A stretch of DNA of 58,039 nt, the filler included, from Thelocarpon superellum (taxonomy: Eukaryota): the NCBI GenBank assembly GCA_026025795.1. It is 2 parts of 2 records of this genome, joined end to end, with 100 filler letters (N's around TTAATTAATTAA, not from the genome) between each part and the next. Parts side by side here need not be neighbours in the genome. Positions count along the whole stretch, not along the records: positions 1 to 29,027 come from JAPEUG010000227.1; 1 more part is not named here. The stretch is one strand, 5' to 3'. The notes beneath the pieces were generated by a model. It ran no database searches, was not told the origin of the DNA, and saw only the letters and a list, made by a program, of their open reading frames with translations. Below, piece after piece: positions 1 to 12,777 of the stretch; the first letter of the stretch is position 1, and each line of letters opens with the position of its first letter. The translations under genes and the position numbers were made by a program.

Positions 1-2949
1 GATGGGACATCCTCGCCATCGCTGAAGCGGATCGGCCTCTCGCCCATCGGTCGGGGCGACGTATGACAGATCATGCGTTGGGCGGCCGGCACCCTCACCA
101 GCGGTGAAGCTATTGGTCGACGGGAAGATTGGAATCGATGGGCCCGAGGCAGCATAATTCAACGAGGCGGAGCGAAGGAGTGGTTCTGGTCGGCTCGCGG
201 ATTGCACCGGACCCGGATTTCCTCGAGGTGAATGACTCTGTGGCCGTGGCGGCGACGTATTGGTCGATGGGATCGAGGAGGGTCCCGCCGGCGGCGGGAG
301 GCCCGAGAGCGCGGAGACGACTCGTTTAGGGGGGGATGACGTGAGGGGAACCGTCGGACCAAGCGGCGATGCGCCCAGGCCTGCGTTGGATCGTCGTGGT
401 GCGTACGGCTCGGCGGAAGCCGTAGAAGAGTCCGGTCCGGGCTCGTAGTCGGAGGTGTTTGGTCCCATGCTCTGCGGTAGCGTCGCTCTTGAAGGCAGCT
501 GAGCAGGTTGGTGATCCAACGGCCCGGGTTGATAGGAGTGTGCGACTGGCTGAGCAGCCGGGTGCATGGCCTGGTAAGTGGGCTGCGGATCCGAGGACTT
601 GGGCGATACCTGTTGATACGCCAGAGGGCTTGACGTTCGCGGCCGGTGTGGCTGAGCCATGATTGGTGCCGCATATCTCGACGGACCCTGCGCACCACCC
701 TGCGGAGGAGGCGCGGGGGAGTATCGTGATGTCGTGGAAGGGGGAGGCAACTGATGCAACGACTGTGGATGCGGTGCATAGGGACTGACGCGCTCTGGAG
801 CGCGGAGCTGTTCGGCCTCCATCGTACTCAAATTTGCACCGGCGAAACCCGGGGGGCCCGGGGGTAGCACGTTCCGCGGAGTAGGGTCGGTGAAGGTGAG
901 AGGCATTACTCCAGTGGCCGGATTTGGTAGTGATGCGTGCGCGCCCGGCTGAGTTGCGTAGCGGCCAGTGGCCAGTGACTGACGGGGCTTCGCGGTTACG
1001 GGAAGATCTTCAAAGAAATTGGACGAACTGGGCTTGGCTTTCAACGACGGTGCCATGGCCCCGGGACCGACAGACTTGGACTGTTCTCGAGGAGGATTGC
1101 TGGCAGGAGGTCCCAAAGACGAGGCGACGCTAGGCATGTCTCCAACTTGCGGACTCGGGGGTGCGAGGGGATAAGTATCCTGTGACCGGCTCGAGTACAT
1201 GCTCGTACTACGCGGTGGCATCCCCATGGGCAGAGGTACGCTCCGTGGTTCGAGGCCACGTGCCAATTGTTGTACGCTGGCTCGTTTCCGCGGGCGGGAG
1301 ACATCCATTGGGAGGTCGTATGGTGATTCATAGCCTCCCTTGGACTTATCGGCGAAGCTCTGGGCACGCGCCGTCTCAGGGTTGGGTAGCGGCCTTACTG
1401 ACGGCGCATTCCACGGATAGGATACTGCTTGTTGTCCTGGTAGCGATGGTGGCGAATGGAGAGATGATGAGAGTGACATGGTGGGAACGTATGCACTTGA
1501 AGACTGCGGTCGTGCCACGGTCTGTGGCGTGTACCTGCCTTGGAGCGAGTCTGAGATAGCGGTTCGCGCACCAGCGACGGTCAGGCTGCTGAAACCCTGA
1601 ATCTGTCCGTCTTGGTTGATGACCGGCATCGGTCCGGGCGGACCGTTGGTGACCTCTGGCGTGAAGCCGGCGCTCTCGCCGGGAAACAGATTTGTGGGTT
1701 CGTCGAGCGCTTCCTGCTCGTCAAGAAAGTCATCATCATCGAGCGCTGCTTTCCACATGGCCGCCAGGTCCTCTCCAGGTGCGGGAGCATCAGACTCCGG
1801 GGGCGTTGAGTCAATCTCGAGGGCGTCAAGTCTCTTTTCCGACAGAACTTGTGAGATAATGGTGCTTCTTGAGACCGCAATGCCACCACCCGTCGTATTC
1901 ACCGACGGACTTTTTGATGCTTGTGACTCGATATTTTCCTGGCTGGAAGACTGGTAGAGTCCGCCCAATACTTGCTCTGTCGATTTCCGCTCCAACGGAT
2001 GTGGGTCACTGGCATAGCTCTCGGCTGGTGTAATCCCATTGACCTTGGCTGGCAAAGCCTCATGCTGCTTGGTCTTCCGGGCGTCGCCCTCAGCAATCAA
2101 CGGGAGTCCTTCCTCGTAGCGGGCTTGGTCGTCAGAAATCTCTGGTCCCCCCGATCCGTTCACCGGGGCGAATGGTGTCGTCGCGCCCTCAGCGCTGCCA
2201 CCCGGCATACTAGGAAGCACTTGATTCCACTCATCGTCTTCCGGCCCTGGCTGGGTGCCAAACCAATCACGATTTTCGCTCTCCAGATTCTTCTCTTCTC
2301 GCTTCAAGATCGGCTCGGCTTGTGACCGCGACGGTTCTGGGCTCGGGACAAGGTCGGCGGGTTGATGGAGCTCGGGAACATCGGGAAAAGAGTTGGTCCG
2401 GTGGGGGTCGCTAATGAAGTCACGCGGATCCAGGGCGGCTGGGCGAGAGTCCCAGGGCAGCGGCTCGGTAGATTCATCTTCACCCCAGGAGACACCTTGG
2501 GAAATGGTCCGCGCGAATGAGGCCGATGTCGAAGGGTCGCCGTGCGGCGCGGGGGGGTCCTGCGAGGGTCGGGGGGCCGGAAAATCCGATCGGACCTGGG
2601 TCAACTTTGTCGGCGCCGGCTGTGCGTGATCCTCGGTCGAGAGATGATCGTGCTCGGCATGGTCGGCGTGGATCGGATTCTCCTCCATCTCACACCCCCC
2701 GGGACTGGATAGGGATCGGTTCAAGGCTTCTCGCAAATTGCCCAGGTCAGGATGATTCTCATTCCCACCCTGTACTCCTGGTGGAGGGGTGATGGGGCGG
2801 TCATCGAGCTGGCTCGGTAGACTTGGCGAAGCTGCTGGCGGCGGCGCAGAGGCGTCCGTGGAGCGGTCGTTATCTGGCCTCCAAGCTGGATTCCATGAAC
2901 GCTCTCCCGCTGGGCCGATGCCGGCATAGACCCCATCGGCCATGGTCAT
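1..2949 (-). CDS. SEC16: COPII coat assembly protein Sec16, N-terminal ~983 codons; runs off the left edge
   Basis: Absent from the ORF track, consistent with no stop inside the window. Manual minus-strand translation of segments in one frame gives MTMADGVYAGIGPAGERSWNPAWRPD, EDLAAMWKAALDDDDFL, AQSFADKSKGGYESPYDLPMDV and PTDGREADPLQRWRGCPI, motifs typical of filamentous-fungal Sec16. 2949 nt is a whole number of codons. Confidence 0.88.
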   Translation of the reverse strand, partial: MTMADGVYAGIGPAGERSWNPAWRPDNDRSTDASAPPPAASPSLPSQLDDRPITPPPGVQGGNENHPDLGNLREALNRSLSSPGGCEMEENPIHADHAEHDHLSTEDHAQPAPTKLTQVRSDFPAPRPSQDPPAPHGDPSTSASFARTISQGVSWGEDESTEPLPWDSRPAALDPRDFISDPHRTNSFPDVPELHQPADLVPSPEPSRSQAEPILKREEKNLESENRDWFGTQPGPEDDEWNQVLPSMPGGSAEGATTPFAPVNGSGGPEISDDQARYEEGLPLIAEGDARKTKQHEALPAKVNGITPAESYASDPHPLERKSTEQVLGGLYQSSSQENIESQASKSPSVNTTGGGIAVSRSTIISQVLSEKRLDALEIDSTPPESDAPAPGEDLAAMWKAALDDDDFLDEQEALDEPTNLFPGESAGFTPEVTNGPPGPMPVINQDGQIQGFSSLTVAGARTAISDSLQGRYTPQTVARPQSSSAYVPTMSLSSSLHSPPSLPGQQAVSYPWNAPSVRPLPNPETARAQSFADKSKGGYESPYDLPMDVSRPRKRASVQQLARGLEPRSVPLPMGMPPRSTSMYSSRSQDTYPLAPPSPQVGDMPSVASSLGPPASNPPREQSKSVGPGAMAPSLKAKPSSSNFFEDLPVTAKPRQSLATGRYATQPGAHASLPNPATGVMPLTFTDPTPRNVLPPGPPGFAGANLSTMEAEQLRAPERVSPYAPHPQSLHQLPPPSTTSRYSPAPPPQGGAQGPSRYAAPIMAQPHRPRTSSPLAYQQVSPKSSDPQPTYQAMHPAAQPVAHSYQPGPLDHQPAQLPSRATLPQSMGPNTSDYEPGPDSSTASAEPYAPRRSNAGLGASPLGPTVPLTSSPPKRVVSALSGLPPPAGPSSIPSTNTSPPRPQSHSPRGNPGPVQSASRPEPLLRSASLNYAASGPSIPIFPSTNSFTAGEGAGRPTHDLSYVAPTDGREADPLQRWRGCPI

Positions 2950-3730
2950 GTCGTGACGCTACAAGGTCACCGCGCGGTTTAGCCACGGATCCAGCGGTGA
3001 CGACTCAGTCGAGTTGAAGGCCAAGGGTACTCATACCTGAAGCGCTCCTCAGCGACGGAGCATGCCGGTGTCCAGGAGTGAATCGCTGGGAGACGGTATC
3101 ACGGACGGGGACCAAGTAAAATACAGAAGAAGACTTCCGACTGCCAAACGGAAGGGTGGGTGTCGGAATCGAAAGGGCATCAGAGGACTCGGGATCATTC
3201 CTCAAGAGCCTGACGATAAACACCAACGAGGACGCTAGCTAACAATGATGGCCATGAGGTCAAGTCAGGGCTGGAGTCGAGCTGTCACCGACGGTCATTG
3301 GATCCAAAGTTGGCTTCTTGGCCTCTATTTCTCCGTTGCGAGACCTCTCGCCCCCCGTAAAATGTTCGCCAACGGTCCAGGGAGCCGGAAGCCATAAAAA
3401 AGAATGACGACAGCTGGCCGACAAGCACGTGACGGGAGTTCTCCTTTGGCTCGGATCCAGATCACGTAAGCGAAGGACAATTCTCCCGGATCGTCCGCCG
3501 TAGTAACTACGTTACTGGGATCGTTCCCGAAGGAAAGCGACCCGGATTATGTATGCACCATTCAATCCGACGGATTCAAGAGCCAGATGTGCTTCTTGTT
3601 GGTATCAGGCAGCAGTCGTCACGTTGCATTCAGCTAGCCCTCGTACATGAAGCTCGTCAAGGAAAGGCCATGACCACCCCACTGAGGCCGGACAGCTGCT
3701 GCAACCTGCGTCTTCGTCGGTTGTCGAGGC

Positions 3731-6700
3731 ATGTCGCGCTCGCAACGCTCCCACCGTCCACTTGCCCCGGCCGGCGTGTCCGATGATTCCGACTCCGATC
3801 TCGAGCTCGACCTGCAGGAGCTCGATCCAACCACCACCACCACCGCCTCGCCCTGGACCACCACGCGTAATCCGGGACGCGGCAGTCGACGCACGGCTGG
3901 TAACGACGACCGTCATGGCCAGATCGCGCTGCGACACTTGCGCCTGGCGGGCCGGGGCCGGAGCTCGGGTCAGAGCGATAGACACAATGGGCGACGTCCG
4001 CGGGCGGCCGGGGGGCCCACGGATATGAACGGGGATAATGAGATTGACGGCCAACCTCGCAACTCCGACCTCGGTCTGCAGAGTGGCGATGATGAAGCCC
4101 CGCTGCTTCAAGGCTCATCCTCTATACGCCGGCGAGATGCCAGTCGAGAGGCCGGCCGAATGACGAGGTGGATCGCTCACCTCCCGCTACCAACCTTCCT
4201 ACGATCATCCTCGACGTGGCGTGACGGCGGTTCCCCTGACGATCACAATGAAGGGACGGCGCCGGAACACGGGGCCTCCCGGACGGTGGGAATCGGACAA
4301 GTGCAATCAACTCGCTATCCGGCCAACGCTGTCTCCAACGCCAAGTACAATGCCTGGAACTTCCTTCCCCTTACCTTGTACAACGAATTCTCCTTCTTCT
4401 TCAACCTCTACTTCCTGCTCGTCGCCTTGTCGCAGATCATTCCCGCCCTCCGCATCGGATATCTTACCACCTACATTGCCCCCCTGGCCTTTGTGCTCTC
4501 CATCACGCTGGGCAAAGAGGCCCTCGATGACATCAGCCGGCGACGGCGGGATGCTGAGGCAAACGCCGAGCCATACCACGTCCTGCGCTTTGACCCGCTA
4601 CCCCCGCCGTCCCCTGGATCCCAAGGCCCCAAGGGCGACCAGCAGAATGGCTCCACCTTGGGCCCCACGGACGCCCCGGAACCGGTGTCATCGCGAGTTC
4701 GGCCTGCGATCGTCCGATCACGCGATCTGAAAGTGGGGGACGTGCTGCGCATGGGCAAAGATCAGCGCGTGCCAGCCGACGTGGTCATCCTCCAGAGTCA
4801 CCCTATTGAATCGTCCGTGCTTCCCGTCGATCTCGCAAGTGACCCGACTCTCGCCCGGCACGAAAACGGAAACGACGCTCACAACGCCGCTGAAGTGGAC
4901 GCTGAAGCGGGAGGAGTCGGCGAGACGTTCATCCGGACCGATCAGCTTGACGGCGAGACGGACTGGAAGCTCCGGCTCGCCAGCCCTTTGACCCAATCCC
5001 GGCAAGTGGGCAATCTGACCCGATTGCGCGTGTTGGCGGCCAAGCCCGACCGCAAGGTCAACGAATTTGTCGGCACGGTTGAACTCCTTCACGCTGGGGA
5101 TCCCACTGCGCCTGCGATCCAAACGTCGCCGCTCACCATCGACAACACCGCCTGGGCCAACACGGTACTGGCGTCCAATGCTACTATCCTCGCCGTCGTC
5201 ATCTACACGGGCCCGCAGACGCGTCAGGCGCTTTCGACATCACCCTCACGCTCCAAGACCGGCCTCCTGGAGTATGAGATCAACGCCCTCTCCAAGATCC
5301 TCTGCGTCTTCACCCTGGCCCTGTCTGTCATCCTCGTGGCGCTAGAAGGATTTGAGTCGACCGAGGAGCGGAAATGGTATGTCGCCATCATGCTCTACCT
5401 CATCCTTTTTTCCACCATCATCCCCATCAGCCTGCGCGTCAACCTCGACATGGGTAAGACGGTGTATGCCTGGTTCATCGAGCGAGATCGGGGCATCCAG
5501 GGCACCGTCGTCCGCACCAGCACCATCCCCGAGGATTTAGGCCGGATCGAGTATCTGTTGAGCGACAAAACCGGCACTCTGACCCAGAACGAGATGGAGC
5601 TGAAGAAGATCCACGTCGGCACCGTCTCCTACGCCAACGAGGCCATGGACGAGGTCGCCGCGTTTGTGCGGCACGCTTTTGGGCCTTCCGGCAACGCTGC
5701 GGCGGATCGATCGCCCGCGCTGATGACGCCTACTTCGGTCTTCCCTGCCCCGGTCGCTGCCGCCAGTACGAGCACGGCCACACGCACGCGGCGTGAGATT
5801 GGTTCGCGCGTACGCGACATCGTCCTCGCCCTTGCGCTCTGCCACAACGTCACGCCGACGGCGGAGAAGGACGGTGGCACGACGGTGACAGACTACCAAG
5901 CCTCGTCGCCCGACGAGATCGCCATCGTGCGTTGGACGGAGAGCGTCGGCTTGCGCCTGCTTCATCGTGATCGCACACGCATGACGCTGCAATCGACGGA
6001 CAGCGAGCAGGTCGTGGTGCGCGTTCGAATCCTCGACGTCTTTCCCTTCACCTCCGAGGGCAAACGGATGGGCATGCTGGCCCAGTTTCTTGACGGTCTC
6101 GAGGATGCCGCCGCCCCCGCACCAACTGGGGCGGGGCTGGATGGCGCTGGCGACATCTGGTTCTTCCAGAAGGGCGCCGACACGGTCATGAGCGATATTG
6201 TCGCGGCCAATGATTGGCTGGACGAAGAGACTGCGAACATGGCGCGGGAAGGCCTGCGCACGCTGGTCGTCGGCCGCAAGAAAGTCGCACGTGCCCGATA
6301 CGAGGAGTTTTCGGCCGCTTATCAGCAGGCGTCAGTGGCGCTGCACGGGCGCGACGCCAGCATGGCCCGGGTGGTGCAACAGTACCTGGAGTGCGACCTC
6401 GAGCTGCTGGGCGTGACGGGCGTCGAAGACAAGCTACAGCGCGACGTGAAGCCTTCGCTGGAGCTCCTGCGCAATGCCGGCATCAAGATCTGGATGCTGA
6501 CGGGCGACAAGGTGGAGACGGCGCGATGCGTAGCCGTGAGCGCCAAGCTGGTGGCACGGGGCCAGTACGTGCACACGATGGCGCGTCTGACCCGACCCGA
6601 GCAGGCGCGCGACGCCCTCGACTTCCTGCGCAGCCGGACGGACGCCTGTCTCTTGATCGACGGCGACTCGCTCGCACTCTGCCTCAGCCATTGCGGTGGT

Positions 6701-7685
6701 GCGTTCATCGCCGTGGCCGTGCGGCTACCGGCCGTCATCGCCTGTCGCTGCTCGCCCACGCAAAAGGCCGAGGTGGCCAGCCTGATCCGCGCCCACACGC
6801 GGAAGCGCGTGTGCTGCATCGGCGACGGCGGCAACGACGTCTCCATGATCCAGGCCGCCGACGTTGGCGTCGGCATCGTGGGCAAGGAGGGCCGCCAGGC
6901 CAGCTTGGCCGCCGACTTCTCCATCCTGCAGTTCTGCCATCTCACCAAGCTCCTCGTGTGGCATGGGCGGAACAGCTACAAGCGAAGCGCCAAGTTGGCT
7001 CAATTCGTCATGCATCGCGGCCTCATCATCAGCGTCTGCCAGACCATGTTCAGCATCGCGAGTCGTTTCGAGCCCAATGCCCTCTACAAGGTTGGCTCTT
7101 CTCCCCAGATCGCCGGCCTTCGTCCGTAATATATCGCTGACCCGCGTCCGGCCGTAGGACTGGCTCCTGGTAGGATACGCGACCGTGTACACCATGGCGC
7201 CCGTCTTCTCGCTCGTGCTGGACAAGGACGTAGACGAGGATGTGGCGAATCTTTACCCAGAGCTGTACAAGGAACTTCGCACGGGCCGCTCGCTGAGCTA
7301 TCGCAGCTTTCTTGTCTGGGTGCTCGTGTCCATCTACCAGGGCGGGATGATCCAAGGCCTGTCGCAGATCCTGGTCGAGGTGGAGGGCCCCCGCATGGTG
7401 GCGGTCAGCTTCACCGTGCTCATCATCAACGAGCTCATGATGGTGGCCTTTGAGATCACCACCTGGCACCCGGTCATGATCTTCTCGCTGCTCGGCACCG
7501 CGGCGTACTACGTTGGCAGCGTGCCCTTCCTCGGCCGCTACTACGATCTTGAGTATGTGGTGACCATCGGCTTCGTCTGGCGTGTCGCCGCCATCGCGTC
7601 CATCGCCCTCATCCCGCCCTACGCCGCCAAGATTATCCGGCGCACGTGGAAGCCGCCCAGTTACCGTAAGGTGCAAGGTCTGTGA
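3731..7685 (+). CDS. NEO1: P4-type phospholipid-transporting ATPase, Neo1/ATP9 class; exons 3731-7090, 7158-7685; ~1295 aa
   Basis: Motifs DQLDGETDWK, IIPISLRVNL, TIPEDLGRIEYLLSDKTGTLTQN and GDGGNDVSMIQ. Intron GTTGGC..GCTGAC..TAG (7091-7157) joins NALYK to DWLLVGYAT in frame. Confidence 0.95.
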
Positions 7686-8159
7686 GCCTTCTTCTCGGAA
7701 TGTGTCCATTGCCGTCCATCCTCCTCTCTTGGCCCGGCGTTTGTGCGCGTGCCGGCTGGTGTCATGGCGATTTACATGGTGGCGCCTGGCGTACGGGCAC
7801 TCAGACTTCTTGACCTGACTCGTGACTTGCTTGCCTGGCCCGCCGAGGCTCTCATCTCGTGCCGCTTGATGTAATGTATGCGACGACTTCGAACGTCATG
7901 AGCATTCCCTCACTTTACCTGATCCTCCCCGATCTCATTCTCGTCGTATGCCTGCGTTTGGTGACTGGGCATCAGCGTCACCGACCGTTGAACCATTCAC
8001 CGCCCTGTCGGCCCTCGTCTCCTCTCCACTCCGGACAAATTCACCGTGAGTGCGGCGCCCGGAGTCATAAGGCCCCATGAAGAACCATCTTGGGTCGACT
8101 TCCATCCTCAAGCGTCTCCTCTCCGTCGTATCCCGTCTCATCGTGAAGTCCAGCCGCTC

Positions 8160-10020
8160 ATGATGTCGCACTCACGCTCCAACTCCTTCATGCCTACCCC
8201 GCCGGCTCGTCTGCCCCTGCCTCGACCCAGCGCCGTCAAGTCCCGGCGTTCTTCGAGTGCGGCCACGCCGCCAGAACAGGACCCGGCTGTGTTGGCCAGC
8301 AGCATCAACACTGTACTTTCGAAGCTCTCGTTGGAGCAGATCACGGCCATCTCGGAGGAGAAGGCGTCCTTTGAGGCGCAGGTCGAGCATCTCGTCTCCG
8401 TTGGCGCCGACGACTCCACCCTGGCGGAGTTCGGCAAGACCTTCGATCGATGTGCCGCCAGCGTCGATGCCGCCATCTACCCTACAGTGCATGACGAGCA
8501 CAAGGTCCTGGTCGGTGGGGACTCGGTCCAGCCGCTGACCATCGAGCCCGAGGCACTTCATCCCATCCCTGAGCATGCGGTATCTGAGGTCAAAGCAGAG
8601 CTCACGCGTGTCTACGGCTATCGCCATCTGTCAGACGCCTCCATCCCCACCGTCACGGTGGATCGGCCGTCCACTGGGCCCGTCCGCTTTCCGCTGGCCT
8701 CTTTCCCAGCCGGCACGCGGTCGCTCAGCGAATCCAATCTGTCCACCAACCTGACTTCCTGGCCGGCCTACACTGCTGTCAGCGGGGCTAAACATGCCTC
8801 CGTCCACGATGAGGCTGATGAGGCTGACGAGGTGGATGAACGCTGGATCATCGGATCCCCGGTTGGTTTTGCCCACTCTCCCGGGAACTTGAGCGAGGGG
8901 TCTCCGCTTTCAAGCGGCCCCGCGAGCCCACGCTGGTCCTTTCCCCTGGACCCTACGTCCATGCGTGACGATCGTGGAGGTGAGTTCGATCGAGGTCCGT
9001 GCTCCTCGACGAGAACCAGCCCTTCTCGACGGCATACTGACCAATTTCACAGGCCATCCTACGTCAACCCTTCCTCCTGTCAGCCCTGATAACTCCGTGA
9101 CAGGCAATCGTGGTAGCCCGAGCCCCGACCAAGCCAGCATCACGGTCGGCGCTCGAAGCGTCTCGTATGATTCGGGCCTGAATGCAGCCACGACCACTTG
9201 CCCACACTTCCTGCCCCATCCTCCCCCAGTGGCAACGCCGAGCGAAGAGGAAGTATCCGGTCAGACCACGACCGATCGACCCAGCCTAACCGGGCACCGT
9301 CGTAGCGCGACCTTCTCTCTCGGTTCCCCGGCCACGGCCCTGCCCGTGCCGGTCCACGGCCCCTTCACCACCACTCACACGATCCATGGGGTGACGAACT
9401 CCTTCCAGGTGCACCTGCCTGCCGGGGCGCCGCCGGGGCCGACAGTGATTGCGGTTCCAGCCATGTCCACGCCCGTGCTCAAGGGCTCGGCGAATGCCAC
9501 CACGCCAGCTGCGCCGAGTTCTGGATCGGTGGGACGTTCGGCGGAGGCCGTCTATCAAGGATCCTGTACCACTCACTATTACAGCTACGCTCAGGACGTC
9601 CACGCCTTCAAGGCCGGCCCGTCGGCGCCAGTGACCATGCTGCACGCAGAGCAAGACTACCCTGCCTCATGGCCAGTAGAGTTCCTCACCTACCGCTTCC
9701 CCGCCACGGCGAGCCAGGCCGCGCCCAGCATGCCATGGTACGAGTCCAACGATGCTAGCTTCTTCGCGTCGCACGTGCCGTCATCGACGGCTGCAGGGTC
9801 CCCCATGGCCACCACCATCCCGCATCACTACATCCGGGGCGTCCATGGCCACTACAGCCCTTCGCGGAGACATGCGGCGCCCGTGGTTCCCGTGGCGACG
9901 ACGGTCCAGCAAGACGGTGAGGGAGGGATGCGCGTAGTTCCGGTGAACCCTGTCGGGCCTTTGGCCACGTTGCCGACCCCTCGTCGACAAGACTCTGGTA
10001 TGGACGACTTTGAGGTGTAG
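8160..10020 (+). CDS. Hypothetical Ser/Pro/Thr-rich protein; exons 8160-8979, 9053-10020; ~595 aa; 5' end uncertain
   Basis: Two long overlapping ORFs (8046-9089, 8965-10020) are joined exactly in frame by a canonical intron GTGAGT..TACTGAC..CAG at 8980-9052. No family recognised. Confidence 0.7.
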
Positions 10021-10671
10021 AGGTGGAACTGACGACCGCTACAGAGCACTAGTGTGCATCAGGAGGACGAGAGGATGCAGGTGAAGAGGCAGATGCAGGT
10101 GGAGAGGGATGCAAAATTGAGGCGCAACAGACGGAGGAACTGGGCCCCGTCTGCCGGTCACGCCATGCTTGACCGGACCGGTAATTCACGCTGCGGACCC
10201 ATGACCATCGCCGACCACTTTCCCTTCTGGCCCTGGAATAGCTAGACCGAGCATAGACCCCTGATCACATCAGTCGACCATGGCAGTCAGCACGTAGTGT
10301 CTGGTAAATCTGGCATCGTCGCTTGGATGGAGCTGACCATGAGGGTCGAGAGAGAGGGTGAGGGGATCCGAGACGGGAGCACGGAGAATTGTTTCGCCGA
10401 TGCCAGATCGCACGGAGATGGAGACCCGAAACTCATACAACCTCGACCTCGACCAGGTTATTGGCCGGGTGCTCTCAACTCTCAAGGGCTTGGTCGTTTC
10501 AGTCTCAGCTAGCCCTCTCAATGAACGATTCAGCGTCGTCTGAGAAGACTAAGCCGACTTGGCATCAACGCTCAAAAGACCAGCTCAGTTGGCGTTAAGG
10601 CCTTGCTCGACCCCCACCCGCCCAACGGCAGCACAGACTCGCAGGCTGGGCCCCTCCACCTCAGCGTCGAG

Positions 10672-12678
10672 ATGAAGGTCACCACGCACTCATCTGTGCC
10701 GGTGTATACCATCTCCGGCTCGTCTACCGCACGACCCCTCCCGGACTGGTTGGCGCGAAAGCGAAAACGCAGCCTCAAAAATGATGCCGACTTTGTCAAT
10801 CGCATCGAGTTACTACAGGACTTTGAGTTCGAGGAGGCCAGCTGCTGCGTCCGAGCCAGCGAAGATGGCCAATGGGTCATGAGCACGGGTGAGCCCATCT
10901 CCGTCTAGGCGCTGTGCGGCAGGCATTGACCGCGAGGGACAGGCACCTACAAGCCGCAGATCCACACCCACTACCTGCCCCACCTCGCCCTCTCCTACGC
11001 CCGCCACACCACCTCACTGAATCTCACCTTCCTCCTCTTAGCTGGCGATGCGTCCAAATCCTTGCACCTCCAGACCGACCGATCGCTCGAGTTTCACACG
11101 CTGCAGGGCTGCCACTACCGTACGCGCATCCCTCGATATGGGCGTGACCTGCAGTACGACCGGCGCGCGGCCGAGGCCTTGGTGCCATCAGTCGGCGTGA
11201 ATGAACACGGCCAAGGCGAGGTGTTTCGGCTGAACCTGGAGGTGGGACGGTTCCTGCGTGGCTACGAGGTCGACGTGGGTGGGGACGATCGCGGCCTGAC
11301 CGGCAGCGGTGCGTTGCAGGGCGGCATCGCGGCGGGTAGCGTCAACACGGCGGCCATCGCGGAAGAGAGCCATAACATGCTCGCCTTCGGCACGTCCATC
11401 GGCACGGTGGAGCTCTGGGACGGTCGAAGTCGGAGTCGTGCGGGGCTGCTGTCGACCCCGGCCGACGGCGGATCGCGCGCGGGGGTGACGGCGCTGACAT
11501 TCCACCGGAGCGGACTGACCCTGGCCGCGGGGTCCTCGACTGGGCTGGTACATCTCTACGATCTCCGGTCACCGGTGCCGTTGCTCCAGAAGGACCAGGG
11601 CTACGGCTACCCGATCCAGACGCTGACCTTCCTCACGCCCTCAACCACGTCGCGAGCGCAGGAGGCGGAAGCCAGGGTCTTGTCGGCCGACAAACGCATC
11701 ATCAAGATTTGGAGGCAGGCGGACGGAGCGCCGTGGACCAGCGTCGAGCCGGCGGTGGATCTGAACAGCGTGGCGTGGTGTCCCGACAGCGGCATGTTGC
11801 TGACGGCGAACGAGGGGCGGCAGCAGCATTCCTTCTTCATCCCCGACCTTGGACCCGCGCCGGCCTGGTGCTCCTTCCTCGATTCGGTGGTGGAGGAGCT
11901 GGCGGAGGATCCGGAGGATCCGAACGCCTTTGCCAAAACGGCCGAGGTCTACGACAATTACAAGTTCTTGACGATGGCGCAACTCAAGCAGGTCAATCTG
12001 GCGCATCTGATCGGCACGAGCACGGTCAAGCCGTACATGCACGGCTACTTTGTGCATTCAGGCCTCTACGACCAGGCCAAGGCCATCACCGATCCGTACG
12101 TGTGGGAGGCGGAACGGGCGCGACGGATCAAGGCCAAGGTGGAGCAGGAGCGCGAGAGTCGCATCCGGGGGAAGAAGCACGTGGCCGGGGCTGGGGTCAA
12201 GGTCAACCGGAAGCTGGCGGAGAAGGGGATCGCAGACGCGCGGTTCGCGCAGGCGTTCGCGGATGAGGACTTTGCGGTGGATGAGCGATCGCAGACCTTC
12301 CGCCTCATCAATCCCAGCACAGCCCCGACGGACCCGACGGACGAGGCTCGTCCTCACGCATCGGACTCGTCAAGGCCGTCGGAGCAGGCAACGGGGCCGC
12401 AGATGCAGGTGTCGTCATCATCCTATCGTAAATCGGGCCACCGCGGCAGCGGCCGCGACCGACAGGATCACTCCTTCGGCGCCAAGGTGGACCGGACCGG
12501 TGCAGCCCGAGGAACGCAGGGGTCGGCCAGGGGGGCGAAGGAGGTTAGCTGGACGGTCGGAGATGCATCACGCAGGGCCAAAACGGCCCCGACGGCCACG
12601 ACGGAGCGCCCATCGGCGGGGTCGCGACGAGATCAGGGCCGTCGGTTGGCGTCGAAACGACATCTTGGCGGCGTATGA
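10672..12678 (+). CDS. ENP2: Ribosome biogenesis protein Enp2/NOL10 (WD40 plus NUC153); exons 10672-10888, 10943-12678; ~650 aa
   Basis: N-terminus VYTISGSSTARPLPDWLARKRKRSLK..IELLQDFEFEEAS, then TG|TYKPQIH across intron 10889-10942, LGPAPAWCSFLD, and NUC153-like DARFAQAFADEDFAVDE. Confidence 0.95.
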
Positions 12679-12741
12679 GGTTGAAGGAGCACGGGCCCAG
12701 TGTCATGCATAGGCCATGAAATGTAGTTGAAGACGCCATGA

Positions 12742-12777
12742 CGGTCGACACGGCGGTCGACACGGCGGTCGACACGG
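12742..12777. repeat. Perfect tandem repeat (CGGTCGACACGG)x3 downstream of ENP2
   Basis: Read directly from the sequence. Confidence 0.9.
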
